From Pseudomonadota bacterium (lineage in GTDB: Bacteria > Pseudomonadota > Alphaproteobacteria > Rhodobacterales > Rhodobacteraceae): a DNA stretch of 64,000 nucleotides. The position numbers and the translations under genes are program-made. The notes under the pieces are model-generated. The model did not search any database. It was given only the letters and a program-made list of their open reading frames with translations, and was not told the DNA's origin. The stretch lies in NCBI GenBank assembly GCA_038527345.1, contig JBCBFX010000006.1, positions 640 to 64,639 of the forward strand, read 5' to 3'. This document shows, one piece after another, positions 45,507 through 55,053 of this stretch (position 1 is the first letter of the stretch; each line of letters begins with the position of its first letter).

Positions 45507-46820
45507 ATGAGAAAACCAACGTTTGTCGCGCTTCTGGCTGCCGGAACGGCGTTGTCGCCATTGGCTGCCTACGCTGAAACCGAAGTGCAGTTCTGGCACG
45601 CCTTTACCGGGCGACTTGGAGAACTGGTGAAAGCCCAGGTCGAGGAATTCAACAACAGTCAGAGCGATTACGTCGTCGTCGAAAGCCACAAGGGCAACTA
45701 TTCCGAGACGTTGAACGCAGGGATCGCGGCCTTCCGCGCGGGCGAGCAGCCTCATATCCTGATGGTGTTCGAAGTTGGCACCGCGACCATGATGTCGGCC
45801 GAAGGTGCCACCAAGCCGGTCTACGAAGTGATGGCTGAAAGCGGCGCCACCTTTGATCCGGACGCCTATATCGGGTCGGTCAAAGGCTACTACACGACGA
45901 CGGACGGAGAGATGCTGAGCTTGCCGTTCAACTCCTCGACCCCGGTCCTGTGGGTGAACCGCGACGCGTTCGAAGCCGCGGGCGTTGATCCCGACACCGA
46001 TCTGTCCACGTGGCAGAAGGTCGGCGAAACGCTGGACGCATTGAAAGCAGGCGGCGAAGAGTGCCCGCTGGTCACCGCCTGGCAAAGCTGGATCCATCTC
46101 GAGAATTTCTCGGCCTACCATGACGTGCCATTCGCGTCGCAGGACAACGGCTTTGCCGGTCTGGATACCGAGTTGATGCTGAACGGTCCCGCACAGGTGG
46201 CGCACCTGACAGCGATGGGCGAATGGGCGCAGGACGGCAAGTTCGTCTATACAGGTCGGCGCAACGAGGGCGGTGCCAACTTCCGCTCGGGTGAATGCGC
46301 GCTCTTCACCGAAAGCTCGGCGGGGTATGCCGGCATCAAGGCCGAGGCGCAGTTCGATTTCGATGTGCGTCCGCTGCCCTATTGGGAAGGTGTCGGCAAT
46401 TCGCCTCAGAACACCATCATCGGTGGCGCGTCGCTTTGGGTTCTCGAAGGGCATGAGGCCGCGGAATACAAGGGCGTTGGCGAATTCCTTGCCTTTCTGT
46501 CCTCGTCTGACGTTCAGGCGCAGTGGCACCAGGATACCGGTTATCTGCCCATCACCGCCGAAGCGGGAGAAGCCACGCGTGCAGCAGGCTTCTACGAGGA
46601 AAACCCCGGCACGGACATTGCCGTGATCCAGATGACCGCCAAGGAACCCACCGCCAATTCCAAGGGGCTGCGTCTGGGGTCCTTCGATCAGATCCGCGGT
46701 ATCATCGACGAAGAACTGGAAGCGATCTGGGCCGGCGACAAGAGCGCCCAAGAGGCCATGGACAGCGCCAAGTCGCGGGGCGATGCGCTGCTGCGGCGCT
46801 TTGAGTCGGCCAACAAATAA
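45507..46820 (+). CDS. ugpB: sn-glycerol-3-phosphate ABC transporter substrate-binding protein
   Basis: 437 aa from ATG 45507 (RBS GGGAGGA). It has a signal peptide MRKPTFVALLAAGTALSPLAAYA and the family-1 SBP pattern EVQFWHAFTGRLGELV. It is followed by ugpAEC-like genes. Confidence 0.82.
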   Translation: MRKPTFVALLAAGTALSPLAAYAETEVQFWHAFTGRLGELVKAQVEEFNNSQSDYVVVESHKGNYSETLNAGIAAFRAGEQPHILMVFEVGTATMMSAEGATKPVYEVMAESGATFDPDAYIGSVKGYYTTTDGEMLSLPFNSSTPVLWVNRDAFEAAGVDPDTDLSTWQKVGETLDALKAGGEECPLVTAWQSWIHLENFSAYHDVPFASQDNGFAGLDTELMLNGPAQVAHLTAMGEWAQDGKFVYTGRRNEGGANFRSGECALFTESSAGYAGIKAEAQFDFDVRPLPYWEGVGNSPQNTIIGGASLWVLEGHEAAEYKGVGEFLAFLSSSDVQAQWHQDTGYLPITAEAGEATRAAGFYEENPGTDIAVIQMTAKEPTANSKGLRLGSFDQIRGIIDEELEAIWAGDKSAQEAMDSAKSRGDALLRRFESANK

Positions 46821-46827
46821 GCATGAA

Positions 46828-46860
46828 CCGGGCAGGTCCCTGCGGCCTGCCCGGTTTCTT
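46828..46860 (+). terminator. hairpin + T-rich run after ugpB (intra-operon attenuator)
   Basis: CCGGGCAGG-tccctgcgg-CCTGCCCGG followed by TTTCTT. Confidence 0.6.
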
Positions 46861-46874
46861 GCGGGGGCAAATCC

Positions 46875-47756
46875 ATGGAAAAGCGCGTTACCTTTCGCGG
46901 CTGGCTGCTGCCGCTCCTGCTGATTGCGCCACAGGTCTTCATTTCGGCGGTGTTCTTCTTTTACCCGGCCGGGCAGGCGATCTGGCAGTCGCTTTTCATT
47001 CCGGACCCATTCGGGCTTTCGTCGCAATTCGTGGGGCTGGGCAATTTCGAATTCCTTTTGGGCGACCCGTTCTATCGGGCGTCGTTTCTGACGACGGCGA
47101 TCTTTTCGATCCTTGTGACGCTGTGTTCGATGATCCCGGCCTTGTTTCTTGCCGTCATTGCGGATCGCCTGATCAAGGGGTCGGGCGTGTATCGGACCCT
47201 GCTGATCTGGCCCTATGCGGTCGCGCCAGCTGTCGCGGGTGTGCTGTGGCTGTTCATGTTCAACACGCGCGTTGGTGTCATATCCTGGTATCTCGGGACG
47301 CTGGGATATGACTGGAACCACGTCCTGAACGGGGGAGAGGCGATGGGGCTGGTTGTTGTCGCCTCTGCCTGGGGGCGGATCAGCTATAACTTCCTGTTTT
47401 TCTTCGCCGCACTTCAAGCGGTGCCCAGATCCGTGATCGAGGCGGCGGCCATCGACGGCGCCCGCTTCTGGCGCCGGTTCTTCACGATAGTGTTGCCGCT
47501 TCTGTCTCCTACCACGTTTTTCCTGCTGGTCGTGAACGTGGTCTATGCCTTCTTTGAAACCTTCGGCGTGATCCACACAATCACGGCCGGTGGTCCCCAG
47601 CAGTCCACGACCATTCTGGTTTACAAGGTCTTTTCAGACGGGTTCGTCGGGCAGGACTTGGGATCAAGCTCGGCCCAGTCGGTGATCCTGCTGGTTGTTG
47701 TCGGACTGCTGACGATCATCCAGTTCAAGTTCATCGAAAAGCGGGTGCATTACTGA
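46875..47756 (+). CDS. ugpA: ABC transporter permease (UgpA-like)
   Basis: 293 aa, 6 TM, with an EAA-type loop [21 protein letters not shown]. Confidence 0.88.
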   Translation: MEKRVTFRGWLLPLLLIAPQVFISAVFFFYPAGQAIWQSLFIPDPFGLSSQFVGLGNFEFLLGDPFYRASFLTTAIFSILVTLCSMIPALFLAVIADRLIKGSGVYRTLLIWPYAVAPAVAGVLWLFMFNTRVGVISWYLGTLGYDWNHVLNGGEAMGLVVVASAWGRISYNFLFFFAALQAVPRSVIEAAAIDGARFWRRFFTIVLPLLSPTTFFLLVVNVVYAFFETFGVIHTITAGGPQQSTTILVYKVFSDGFVGQDLGSSSAQSVILLVVVGLLTIIQFKFIEKRVHY

Positions 47757-48613
47757 TGGCGCGCGAAACGCATGGCATGGTGGAAAAACGCGGCGCAGGC
47801 CTGTGGCTGACCCATGTGTTCATGATCCTCGGCGTGCTGGTGATCTTTTTCCCGATCTGGCTGGCCTTTGTCGCGTCGACCGTCACGCAAGCCGATATCA
47901 TCCAGCCGCCCATGCCGGTGGTGCCGGGTGATCAGTTCTGGATCAACTATCGCAACGCGTTGTTTTCAGGCGTCAATGTTCCCGTGGCGACGATGCTGCT
48001 TAATTCGCTGATTATGGCGGTGGGCATCGCGGTGGGCAAAATCGCGATCTCGCTCTTGTCGGCCTTTGCCATCGTCTATTTCAGGTTTCCCGGTCGCAAC
48101 GTTTTTTTCTGGATGATCTTTTTGACGCTGATGCTGCCGGTCGAGGTGCGGATCGTCCCGACCTTTGAGGTGGTCGCGGGATTTGGCATGCTGAACAGCT
48201 ATTCGGGCCTGATCTTTCCGTTGATTGCATCGGCCACGGCGACGTTCCTGTTCCGACAGTTTTTCCTGACCATCCCGGATGAGCTGGCAGAAGCCGCCCG
48301 CGTCGATGGCGCGCGGCCCATGCGGTTTTTCTGGGATATCGTGGTGCCGATGAGCCGGACAAATGTGGCGGCGCTGTTCGTGATCCTGTTCATCTATGGC
48401 TGGAACCAGTATCTCTGGCCGCTGCTGATCACGACCGACCCGGAAATGAATACCATCGTCATGGGCATCAAGCAGATGTTCCCGTCGGGCGACGACTTTG
48501 CCCATTGGCCCACGATCATGGCGACGTCCATTCTGGCGATGATCCCACCGGTCATCGTCGTGGTGGGGATGCAGCGGCTTTTCATCCGCGGCCTTGTAGA
48601 CAGCGAGAAATAG
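47756..48613 (+). CDS. ugpE: ABC transporter permease (UgpE-like)
   Basis: 285 aa. TGATG overlap with the ugpA stop. EAA loop [21 protein letters not shown]. Confidence 0.88.
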   Translation: MARETHGMVEKRGAGLWLTHVFMILGVLVIFFPIWLAFVASTVTQADIIQPPMPVVPGDQFWINYRNALFSGVNVPVATMLLNSLIMAVGIAVGKIAISLLSAFAIVYFRFPGRNVFFWMIFLTLMLPVEVRIVPTFEVVAGFGMLNSYSGLIFPLIASATATFLFRQFFLTIPDELAEAARVDGARPMRFFWDIVVPMSRTNVAALFVILFIYGWNQYLWPLLITTDPEMNTIVMGIKQMFPSGDDFAHWPTIMATSILAMIPPVIVVVGMQRLFIRGLVDSEK

Positions 48614-48615
48614 AT

Positions 48616-49668
48616 ATGGCGACAGTCACCCTTGCGGGCGTCAGGAAAAGCTTTGGCCCCACGGACGTCATCCACGGCATCGATGTCGAGATTGCGGATG
48701 GTGAATTCATCGTCATTGTCGGCCCGTCCGGCTGCGGGAAATCCACGTTGCTGCGCATGGTCGCGGGGCTTGAGACGGTGACAGCCGGCGACGTGCTGAT
48801 CGGCGGCACACGCGCCAACGACAAGGAACCGATGGACCGCGATATCGCGATGGTGTTCCAGAACTACGCGCTTTATCCGCATATGTCGGTGCGCCAGAAC
48901 ATGGGATACGGGCTGAAGATCGCAGGCCTGCCCAAGGATCGGATCAATGCCAAGGTGGAAGAGGCCGCGCGCCTCTTGCAGCTTGAGCCGCTGCTTGATC
49001 GCAAGCCCCGACAGCTATCGGGCGGCCAGCGCCAGCGCGTCGCCATGGGCCGCGCCATCGTGCGCGAACCGGCGGTTTTCCTGTTTGACGAACCGCTCAG
49101 CAATCTGGACGCCAAGCTGCGCGTTCAGATGCGGCTTGAGATCCGCGAGTTGCAAGCCAAGCTGGGGATCACGTCGCTTTACGTGACGCATGATCAGGTC
49201 GAGGCCATGACGATGGCCGACCGGATGATCGTCATGAATTGCGGCGTGGCAGAACAGATCGGAACCCCGCTGGAAGTCTACGAGTCCCCGCGCACGCTGT
49301 TTGCCGCACAGTTCATCGGAAGCCCCGCCATGAACGTCATCGATGCCCACATTCAAGGGGGGGCCGTGATGATCGGAGAGCAAGCGGTGGCCGAGGCCAG
49401 CGCGCCCGATGGTCCGGTCAAGTTCGGCATCCGACCCGAACACATGAATCCCGACGACAACGGCCCACTTTCTGTTGCCGTTCAGATGACGGAACCCCTG
49501 GGCGCGAACACCTTGCTGCATGGCAGGTTGCCGGGGCACGCCGACAGCTTCACCATCAGCCTGCCAGGCGTCCACGCCATGCCGGAACGGGACGCACCCT
49601 TGCGCTTTTCGGTTCAAAAGGGTCAATCCCACATCTTCGATCCGACAACCGGCTTGCGGTTGGCGTGA
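48616..49668 (+). CDS. ugpC: ABC transporter ATP-binding protein (UgpC/MalK-like)
   Basis: 350 aa from ATG 48616. Walker [10 protein letters not shown], signature [14 protein letters not shown], Walker [12 protein letters not shown]. Confidence 0.9.
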   Translation: MATVTLAGVRKSFGPTDVIHGIDVEIADGEFIVIVGPSGCGKSTLLRMVAGLETVTAGDVLIGGTRANDKEPMDRDIAMVFQNYALYPHMSVRQNMGYGLKIAGLPKDRINAKVEEAARLLQLEPLLDRKPRQLSGGQRQRVAMGRAIVREPAVFLFDEPLSNLDAKLRVQMRLEIRELQAKLGITSLYVTHDQVEAMTMADRMIVMNCGVAEQIGTPLEVYESPRTLFAAQFIGSPAMNVIDAHIQGGAVMIGEQAVAEASAPDGPVKFGIRPEHMNPDDNGPLSVAVQMTEPLGANTLLHGRLPGHADSFTISLPGVHAMPERDAPLRFSVQKGQSHIFDPTTGLRLA

Positions 49669-50046
49669 TGCGCACTCAGCGTGCGGTGCGCGATCTGGAC
49701 GGTTGTTTGGTTTGCAATTACCCGCGCTTTTCACGCCAGGCGGCCTTTTCAGCTTCTATTTCTCGGGCTGTTACACCACGATTTATCAACGGCAGCGGGC
49801 GCGCGACGGCAAGTCCGCCGTGTGGCCGTTGCCGAACTGCGGACATCGCCGCCATGGACGACCCGGCCGGCCCAAGGCGCGGTGGATCGGCGCAATGGTC
49901 GTGAATATCAGCGGGATATGAGCAAGCGGATGCTTGCCGAACCATATCCTGGCGCAAAAGTGGAATTCGCCTGTCATGTGCGGGCGGTCATACTACCTTA
50001 AGATCAAACAACAGACGCATGTCGACCAGCAAGGAGTGAGCACCAG

Positions 50047-50511
50047 ATGGCATTTTCTTTGAAACTGAACGGCAGGACGCATCAGGTGGATGCAGAGCCG
50101 GGCACCCCGTTGCTGTGGGTGATCCGGGACGAATTGAAGATGACCGGCACCAAGTTCGGTTGTGGTGTGGCGTCCTGCGGGGCCTGCACCGTGCATTTGA
50201 ACGGTGAACCCGTGCGATCGTGCCAGACCTATATCGACGACGTCGAAGGGGCCGAGATCACGACAATCGAAGCCATCTCGGACAATAGGATCGGGGCGGC
50301 TGTGCAACAGGCCTGGGTCGAACTGGACGTGGTGCAATGCGGTTATTGCCAGTCCGGCCAGATCATGTCGGCCGTTGGACTGCTGACCGAAAACCCCAAG
50401 CCGTCGGCGCAAGAAATCGACGACTACATGTACGGCAACGCCTGCCGCTGCGCGACCTATCAACGTATCCGCGCCGGGGTCCAGCGCGCGTCCGAAATCC
50501 TGGAGGCTTGA
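50047..50511 (+). CDS. (2Fe-2S)-binding small subunit of a molybdopterin dehydrogenase (IorA/aldehyde oxidoreductase-type)
   Basis: 154 aa. Motifs are GCGVASCGACTV and CGYCQSGQIM...NACRCATY. RBS AAGGAG. Confidence 0.9.
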   Translation: MAFSLKLNGRTHQVDAEPGTPLLWVIRDELKMTGTKFGCGVASCGACTVHLNGEPVRSCQTYIDDVEGAEITTIEAISDNRIGAAVQQAWVELDVVQCGYCQSGQIMSAVGLLTENPKPSAQEIDDYMYGNACRCATYQRIRAGVQRASEILEA

Positions 50512-50513
50512 TC

Positions 50514-52691
50514 ATGACTGTGAACACATCCCGTCGCGGTTTCCTGAAAGCCGCAGCCGCCACCGGCGCGGTCCTGATGGTCGGCATCACGCCCAAAGGG
50601 GCCGTGGCCGCAGGGCAAAGCGCCATGCTGAACCCGTTTGTCCGGATCGGCGCCGATGGCACCGTGACGGCCATCGTCAAACACTTTGAAAAGGGGCAGG
50701 GGCCTGCCACGGGCCTGTCCACCCTGATTGCCGAAGAAATCGGCCTGCGCATGGACCAGATCGACTATGATTTCGCGCCCTCGAACCCCGAGGTGTACAA
50801 CAACCTGTTGTTCGGCCCGTTCCAGGGCACGGGCGGGTCCACCGCCATGGCCAATTCATTCATGCAGTACCGTCAGGCCGGGGCCGCCGCCCGCGAGATG
50901 CTTTTGCAGGCCGCCGCCCGGACATGGGGCGTGGATGCAGGCACGCTGACGCTGGAGGACGGTGTTATCAGCGGTGGCGGCCAGTCCGCCCCCTTGGGCG
51001 ACTTTGTCGAGGCCGCAGCGCAGCTTGAGGCCCCGGAAGAGCCGCGCCTCAAGGATCCGTCGGAGTTCAGGCTGATCGGCAATCCGGACGTGCGTCGCCT
51101 TGACAGCAAGATCAAGACGGACGGCACCGCGCAGTTCGCCATGGACGTGCACCTGCCCAACCAGATGATTGCCATGATCAAACGCCCCGAACAGCGCGGT
51201 GCGCTGGCGACAGGCATGGACGACACCGCGTCCCGCCAGATCAAGGGGTATATCCGTGCCGCCATCCTGCCCAATCAGGCGGGCGTCGCGGTCTACGCCG
51301 AAAACACCTGGGCCGCGATGCAGGCGCGGGACGCGCTGGACGTGACATGGGACACAAGTGCCGCCGAGGCGCGCAATTCGGACCAGATCGAAGCGGAAAT
51401 CCGGGCCGCACTTGAGGCTGAGCCCACCTATAACGTCAACAAATCGGACGCGACGGTGACGCAGGCGGCGCTTGATGCAGCGGACAGGGTGGTGGAGCAG
51501 ACATTCTATTTCCCGCTTCTGGCCCATGCCCCGATGGAGCCGCTGAATTGCACCATCGAACCCACCGCCGACGGTGGCATCGTGCTGCATGACGGCGCAC
51601 AAATGCCGACGGGGCCGCATATGGCGCTGTCGCAGATCCTCGGCCTGCCGATGGAGAAGATCGAAATAAGGACGATGCTTGCCGGCGGGTCCTTTGGCCG
51701 CCGCGCCACGCCCGATGCCGATTATCAGGTCGAGGCGGGGCTGGCCTTTGTGATGACCGACCGCACGCGGCCCGTCAAACTGGTCTGGTCGCGCGAAGAT
51801 GATTTGCGCTCGGGCTATTATCGCCCAGCTTTCGGTCACAAGGTGCGCGTTGGTCTGGATGCAAACGGTGACATCGTCGGCTGGGACCACCGCATCGCGG
51901 GCCAGTCGATCATGAAGGGCACGCCCTTTGAAGGGTTTGCCGTAAAGGACGGCGTCGATCACAGCTCGGTCGAGGGGGCGGCAGACACGCCGTATCAGAT
52001 CCCGGCGGCGCATTTTGGTCTGACAGACACGGAAAAGGCCACCAGCACATTGTGGTGGCGCGCGGTGGGGCACACCCACACGGCATACGTGATGGAGGTC
52101 ATGATGGACATGGCTGCCTCTGCAGCGGGTGCCGACCCGGTGGACTTTCGCCTGAAATACCTCGCGGGCGACGGGGCCGATCAGGTGCGCAAGACCAACG
52201 TGTTGAAACTGGCCGCCGACAAGGCCGGGTGGGGGAACGCCCCCGCGGGCCGCAGTCAGGGCATCGCGGTGCACAAATCCTTTGGCTCTTACGTGGCCGA
52301 GGTGGTCGAGGTGTCGGGCAACCCGCGTGACGGCATCCGCATCGAAAAGGTGACCTGTGCGGTGGACTGCGGCATTGCCGTCAACCCCGACATCGTCAAG
52401 GCCCAGATGGAAGGCGGTATCGGCTACGGCATCGGCCACACGATGCGGGACCGGATCACGCTGACAAACGGGGCGGTGGATCAGTACAACTTTCCCGACT
52501 ACGAACCGCTGCGGATCGGGGACATCGGCCAGATCGACGTGCACATCGTGCCATCCGCCGAACCGCCCACGGGTGTGGGCGAGCCGGGCACGCCGCCGTC
52601 GGCACCTGCGCTGGCCAACGCGATCTCGGCCATGAGTGACCTGCGGGTCAGCAGCCTGCCGATGGATGAAAACGGGGTCAGCTGGGCCTGA
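50514..52691 (+). CDS. xanthine dehydrogenase-family molybdopterin-binding large subunit (IorB-type), Tat-exported
   Basis: 725 aa from ATG 50514. The twin-arginine signal is SRRGFLKAAAATGAVLMV. It lies 2 nt after the small-subunit stop. Confidence 0.88.
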   Translation: MTVNTSRRGFLKAAAATGAVLMVGITPKGAVAAGQSAMLNPFVRIGADGTVTAIVKHFEKGQGPATGLSTLIAEEIGLRMDQIDYDFAPSNPEVYNNLLFGPFQGTGGSTAMANSFMQYRQAGAAAREMLLQAAARTWGVDAGTLTLEDGVISGGGQSAPLGDFVEAAAQLEAPEEPRLKDPSEFRLIGNPDVRRLDSKIKTDGTAQFAMDVHLPNQMIAMIKRPEQRGALATGMDDTASRQIKGYIRAAILPNQAGVAVYAENTWAAMQARDALDVTWDTSAAEARNSDQIEAEIRAALEAEPTYNVNKSDATVTQAALDAADRVVEQTFYFPLLAHAPMEPLNCTIEPTADGGIVLHDGAQMPTGPHMALSQILGLPMEKIEIRTMLAGGSFGRRATPDADYQVEAGLAFVMTDRTRPVKLVWSREDDLRSGYYRPAFGHKVRVGLDANGDIVGWDHRIAGQSIMKGTPFEGFAVKDGVDHSSVEGAADTPYQIPAAHFGLTDTEKATSTLWWRAVGHTHTAYVMEVMMDMAASAAGADPVDFRLKYLAGDGADQVRKTNVLKLAADKAGWGNAPAGRSQGIAVHKSFGSYVAEVVEVSGNPRDGIRIEKVTCAVDCGIAVNPDIVKAQMEGGIGYGIGHTMRDRITLTNGAVDQYNFPDYEPLRIGDIGQIDVHIVPSAEPPTGVGEPGTPPSAPALANAISAMSDLRVSSLPMDENGVSWA

Positions 52692-52712
52692 TCCGAACAC
52701 CAGCCTGCGGAT

Positions 52713-52741
52713 GGGTCCGGCCCGGTTTCAGGGCCGGACCC
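52713..52741. terminator. bidirectional hairpin between convergent genes
   Basis: A perfect 11-bp stem GGGTCCGGCCC / GGGCCGGACCC with loop GGTTTCA. Confidence 0.6.
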
Positions 52742-52749
52742 GTCTGTGT

Positions 52750-53394
52750 TCAATTCCGCGACGGATAGATACCGACAAGCGCCACACATGTGGTCATCGC
52801 CATGAATGGTTGCTGGTTATACACCTGTTGGCCCGACCCGTTGTTCAGGATGGTCGCGTTCGAAGTGAATTCAACCGAACCGACGCCCATGGACACAGCC
52901 GGTGTCGATGGATCGGAATAGATCGGAACGCTGCTGGGGAAGGTGGCGTAATACGCCCCGGTCGGATCCAGTGTGGATGGCGCGGCACCGCTGGCGACGG
53001 TGTTGCCTTCGATATCGCCGCTGACGCTGTGGGTATGCGGTGCCATGTTGGGGATCTGGTAGGTAAGAAACTCCGCCCCCCCGCGCTGGCCCATCGAGCG
53101 GGGTGACAATCCGTTGCCGGTGCCCTGACCGACATTCCCGCGACCCCGCAGATCGGGCAGGCCGAAGGTCGTGCGCCCATCGCCGCCATAGATGGTGCCA
53201 TACAGCGAAAACAACGCGTCCCATTGCGAAATCGCCAGCAAGGCACCGTTGGCTTCGGCCCAGCCCTGCGGACAGAAATTGCTGCCGAAGGTCTGGATCG
53301 TGCCGATGAACGGATCGACGTCGGCGGCGACCTGTGTCGGCGCCATGGTGGCCGCAACGGCTGCGGCACCCAGTGTGGATAGGATATGTTTCAT
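52750..53394 (-). CDS. secreted phage-tail-collar-domain protein (MdpB-like), paralog 3 of 3
   Basis: 214 aa with signal peptide MKHILSTLGAAAVAATMAPTQVAA. The collar motif is FGSNFCPQGWAEANGALLAISQWDALFSLYGTIYGGDGRTTFGLPDLRGR. The C-terminus is TTCVALVGIYPSRN. Confidence 0.85.
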   Translation of the reverse strand: MKHILSTLGAAAVAATMAPTQVAADVDPFIGTIQTFGSNFCPQGWAEANGALLAISQWDALFSLYGTIYGGDGRTTFGLPDLRGRGNVGQGTGNGLSPRSMGQRGGAEFLTYQIPNMAPHTHSVSGDIEGNTVASGAAPSTLDPTGAYYATFPSSVPIYSDPSTPAVSMGVGSVEFTSNATILNNGSGQQVYNQQPFMAMTTCVALVGIYPSRN

Positions 53395-53433
53395 TGTGAC
53401 GTCCTGTCATATGATGTTCTTGAAATCAGGTGG

Positions 53434-54084
53434 TTAGGGGCGACTTGGGAACAGTCCCTGGATCGCGATGCAGTGCCGGGTCACAAGGAACGGGGCCATG
53501 TTGGTGATCGGCTGGCCTGCACCTGTGGTGCTGAGTTTCGCAGCACTCACGTCGACCTCGATATCGCCGCCTGACATCGCCACCGGACCCGAGATGTCGG
53601 TGGTGTAGGCCCCCGTGCCCGACGTGAACGTTCCGATGAAGTTTCCACCGGGGTCAGGGACGCTGGCAGCGGTCGTCGACGCACCCATCTGCGCCTTGAG
53701 ATTGCCGCCGATCATGTGCGTGTGCGTCGGCAATTCCGCAACCGTCTGCGCGGTGGTTTCAGTTCCGAACGCGGCACCCAGCGGACGGTTCGTCAGGCCG
53801 TTGCCCTGGCCGGGGTTCACGGACACGCGGCCGCGCAGGTCAGGCAGCGCAAAGGTTGTCCGTCCGTCGCCGCCATAGGTCGTGCCCAGCAGTGCATACA
53901 GCGACTGGTTGCTGTTGATCGGCAGGATTTGCCCTGCCGCTTCGCTCCACCCGCGCGGACAGAAGGTAAATCCGAATGTCCGAAGCTCTCCGAGAAAGGG
54001 CGTGTCCGCCTGAACCGGAGCCGCAGGTGCCATATAGGCCAAGGTGGTGGCGGCCAGTGCAAAAATAGTCTTTTTCATGTTCAT
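53434..54084 (-). CDS. secreted phage-tail-collar-domain protein (MdpB-like), paralog 2 of 3
   Basis: 216 aa with signal peptide MNMKKTIFALAATTLAYMAPAAPVQA. The collar motif is FCPRGWSEAAGQILPINSNQSLYALLGTTYGGDGRTTFALPDLRGR. The C-terminus is HCIAIQGLFPSRP. Confidence 0.85.
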   Translation of the reverse strand: MNMKKTIFALAATTLAYMAPAAPVQADTPFLGELRTFGFTFCPRGWSEAAGQILPINSNQSLYALLGTTYGGDGRTTFALPDLRGRVSVNPGQGNGLTNRPLGAAFGTETTAQTVAELPTHTHMIGGNLKAQMGASTTAASVPDPGGNFIGTFTSGTGAYTTDISGPVAMSGGDIEVDVSAAKLSTTGAGQPITNMAPFLVTRHCIAIQGLFPSRP

Positions 54085-54106
54085 TATCCTTGGTTCTGTT
54101 GTCCAC

Positions 54107-54766
54107 TCAGCTCCGGGGCGGGTAGGCCCCGACCATCGCGATGCACGTCGTCAACGCCAAGGTGGGTTGCATGTTGTTTTGCGGTGCACTGCCGCCCGCA
54201 GGGTCAACCGTCACGCTGTTGACCGTCAGGTTGACCGACTGGTCGCCCATCAGGGTGGTGGTGTTCTGATCGGTGGCATAAATCTGTTGCCCCGCCGGAT
54301 GGCCCGCCGGAATTGTGCCAAGGGATTTGCCGTTGGGCGAGTTGGAGTTCGGGTTTGCGCTGGACGCCTTTACATCCGCGGTCGGAAGCGCCGTGATCGA
54401 ATGTGTGTGAGATGGCATCTGCGCCTGGGTCATCGTGACGGTTTCGACGCCGCCGGTCTGGCCCCATTGAAAGAACGGCAAGCCTGCGCCCTGACCGGTC
54501 CCGATCGTGTAACGGCCCTGCAGGTTCGGCAGCCCGAAGGTCGATCTTCCGTCACCACCATAGGTCGTGCCGAGAAGCGAGAACAACGCGGTATTCTGAG
54601 CAATGGGAAGGATTTGTCCATCCGCCTTTGCCCATCCGCGCGGACAGAAGTTGAATGCAACGACCATAACATCGGCCAGATACGGATTATCCCCCGCCTG
54701 GGCCGGCGCACTGTGTGTCGTGCAAGCCAAAGCGAGCGCCAAAGCACTTGATTTAAACAGTTTCAT
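54107..54766 (-). CDS. secreted phage-tail-collar-domain protein (MdpB-like), paralog 1 of 3
   Basis: 219 aa from ATG 54766 (RBS GAAGGA). Signal peptide MKLFKSSALALALACTTHSAPAQA. The collar motif is FCPRGWAKADGQILPIAQNTALFSLLGTTYGGDGRSTFGLPNLQGR. Confidence 0.85.
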   Translation of the reverse strand: MKLFKSSALALALACTTHSAPAQAGDNPYLADVMVVAFNFCPRGWAKADGQILPIAQNTALFSLLGTTYGGDGRSTFGLPNLQGRYTIGTGQGAGLPFFQWGQTGGVETVTMTQAQMPSHTHSITALPTADVKASSANPNSNSPNGKSLGTIPAGHPAGQQIYATDQNTTTLMGDQSVNLTVNSVTVDPAGGSAPQNNMQPTLALTTCIAMVGAYPPRS

Positions 54767-54873
54767 TGAGAAGTCCTTCAAATTGATGGTCAACGTGGAA
54801 AGGTTAACCTTGGGTTGCAGCGTCACAAAGCTCGAAATCTTCCAGGTTGGTCTGATGCTTAATTAAAGCATTG

Positions 54874-54882
54874 TGATATAAT
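54874..54882 (+). promoter_or_regulatory. candidate extended -10 promoter element in an AT-rich divergent intergenic region
   Basis: TGATATAAT is an exact TGnTATAAT match. It lies inside the only markedly AT-rich stretch of the window (about 54855-54900) and is flanked by two TTAATTA copies. It is oriented toward the wbqC-like operon. Confidence 0.35.
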
Positions 54883-55053
54883 ATTAATTATCCAAAACCT
54901 CGACTGTAATGAGAGACGCAGGGGTTGAATTATCATGTCGGGGCGCAAGAATCATGATGTGCCGCAGGTTGAAAACTGCCTGTTCCTGCGGGCATTTCTT
55001 TACTTTTCCCGGCAGTCGGTGAACGATCGCCGGATATCGCCACGGAACGACAT

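Noticed and set aside
45435-47576. 713-aa minus-strand ORF
   Set aside because: It is antisense to ugpB/ugpA, whose products show signal peptide, SBP and permease signatures.
49718-49957. 79-aa minus-strand ORF whose C-terminus (INRGVTAREIEAEKAAW) vaguely recalls DUF1127 small proteins
   Set aside because: Third codon positions in the segment I checked are mostly A/T (about 5 of 17 G/C), unlike real genes here. The motif match is weak. The region is treated as the intergenic/promoter region for the 2Fe-2S/molybdopterin operon.
50856-52700. 614-aa minus-strand ORF
   Set aside because: It is antisense to the molybdopterin large-subunit gene, which has a Tat signal and is coupled to the 2Fe-2S subunit gene.
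52750-54766. Tail-collar genes as a prophage remnant
   Set aside because: There are no capsid, tail, baseplate, lysis or integrase genes nearby. All three proteins have Sec signal peptides, which phage tail fibres lack.
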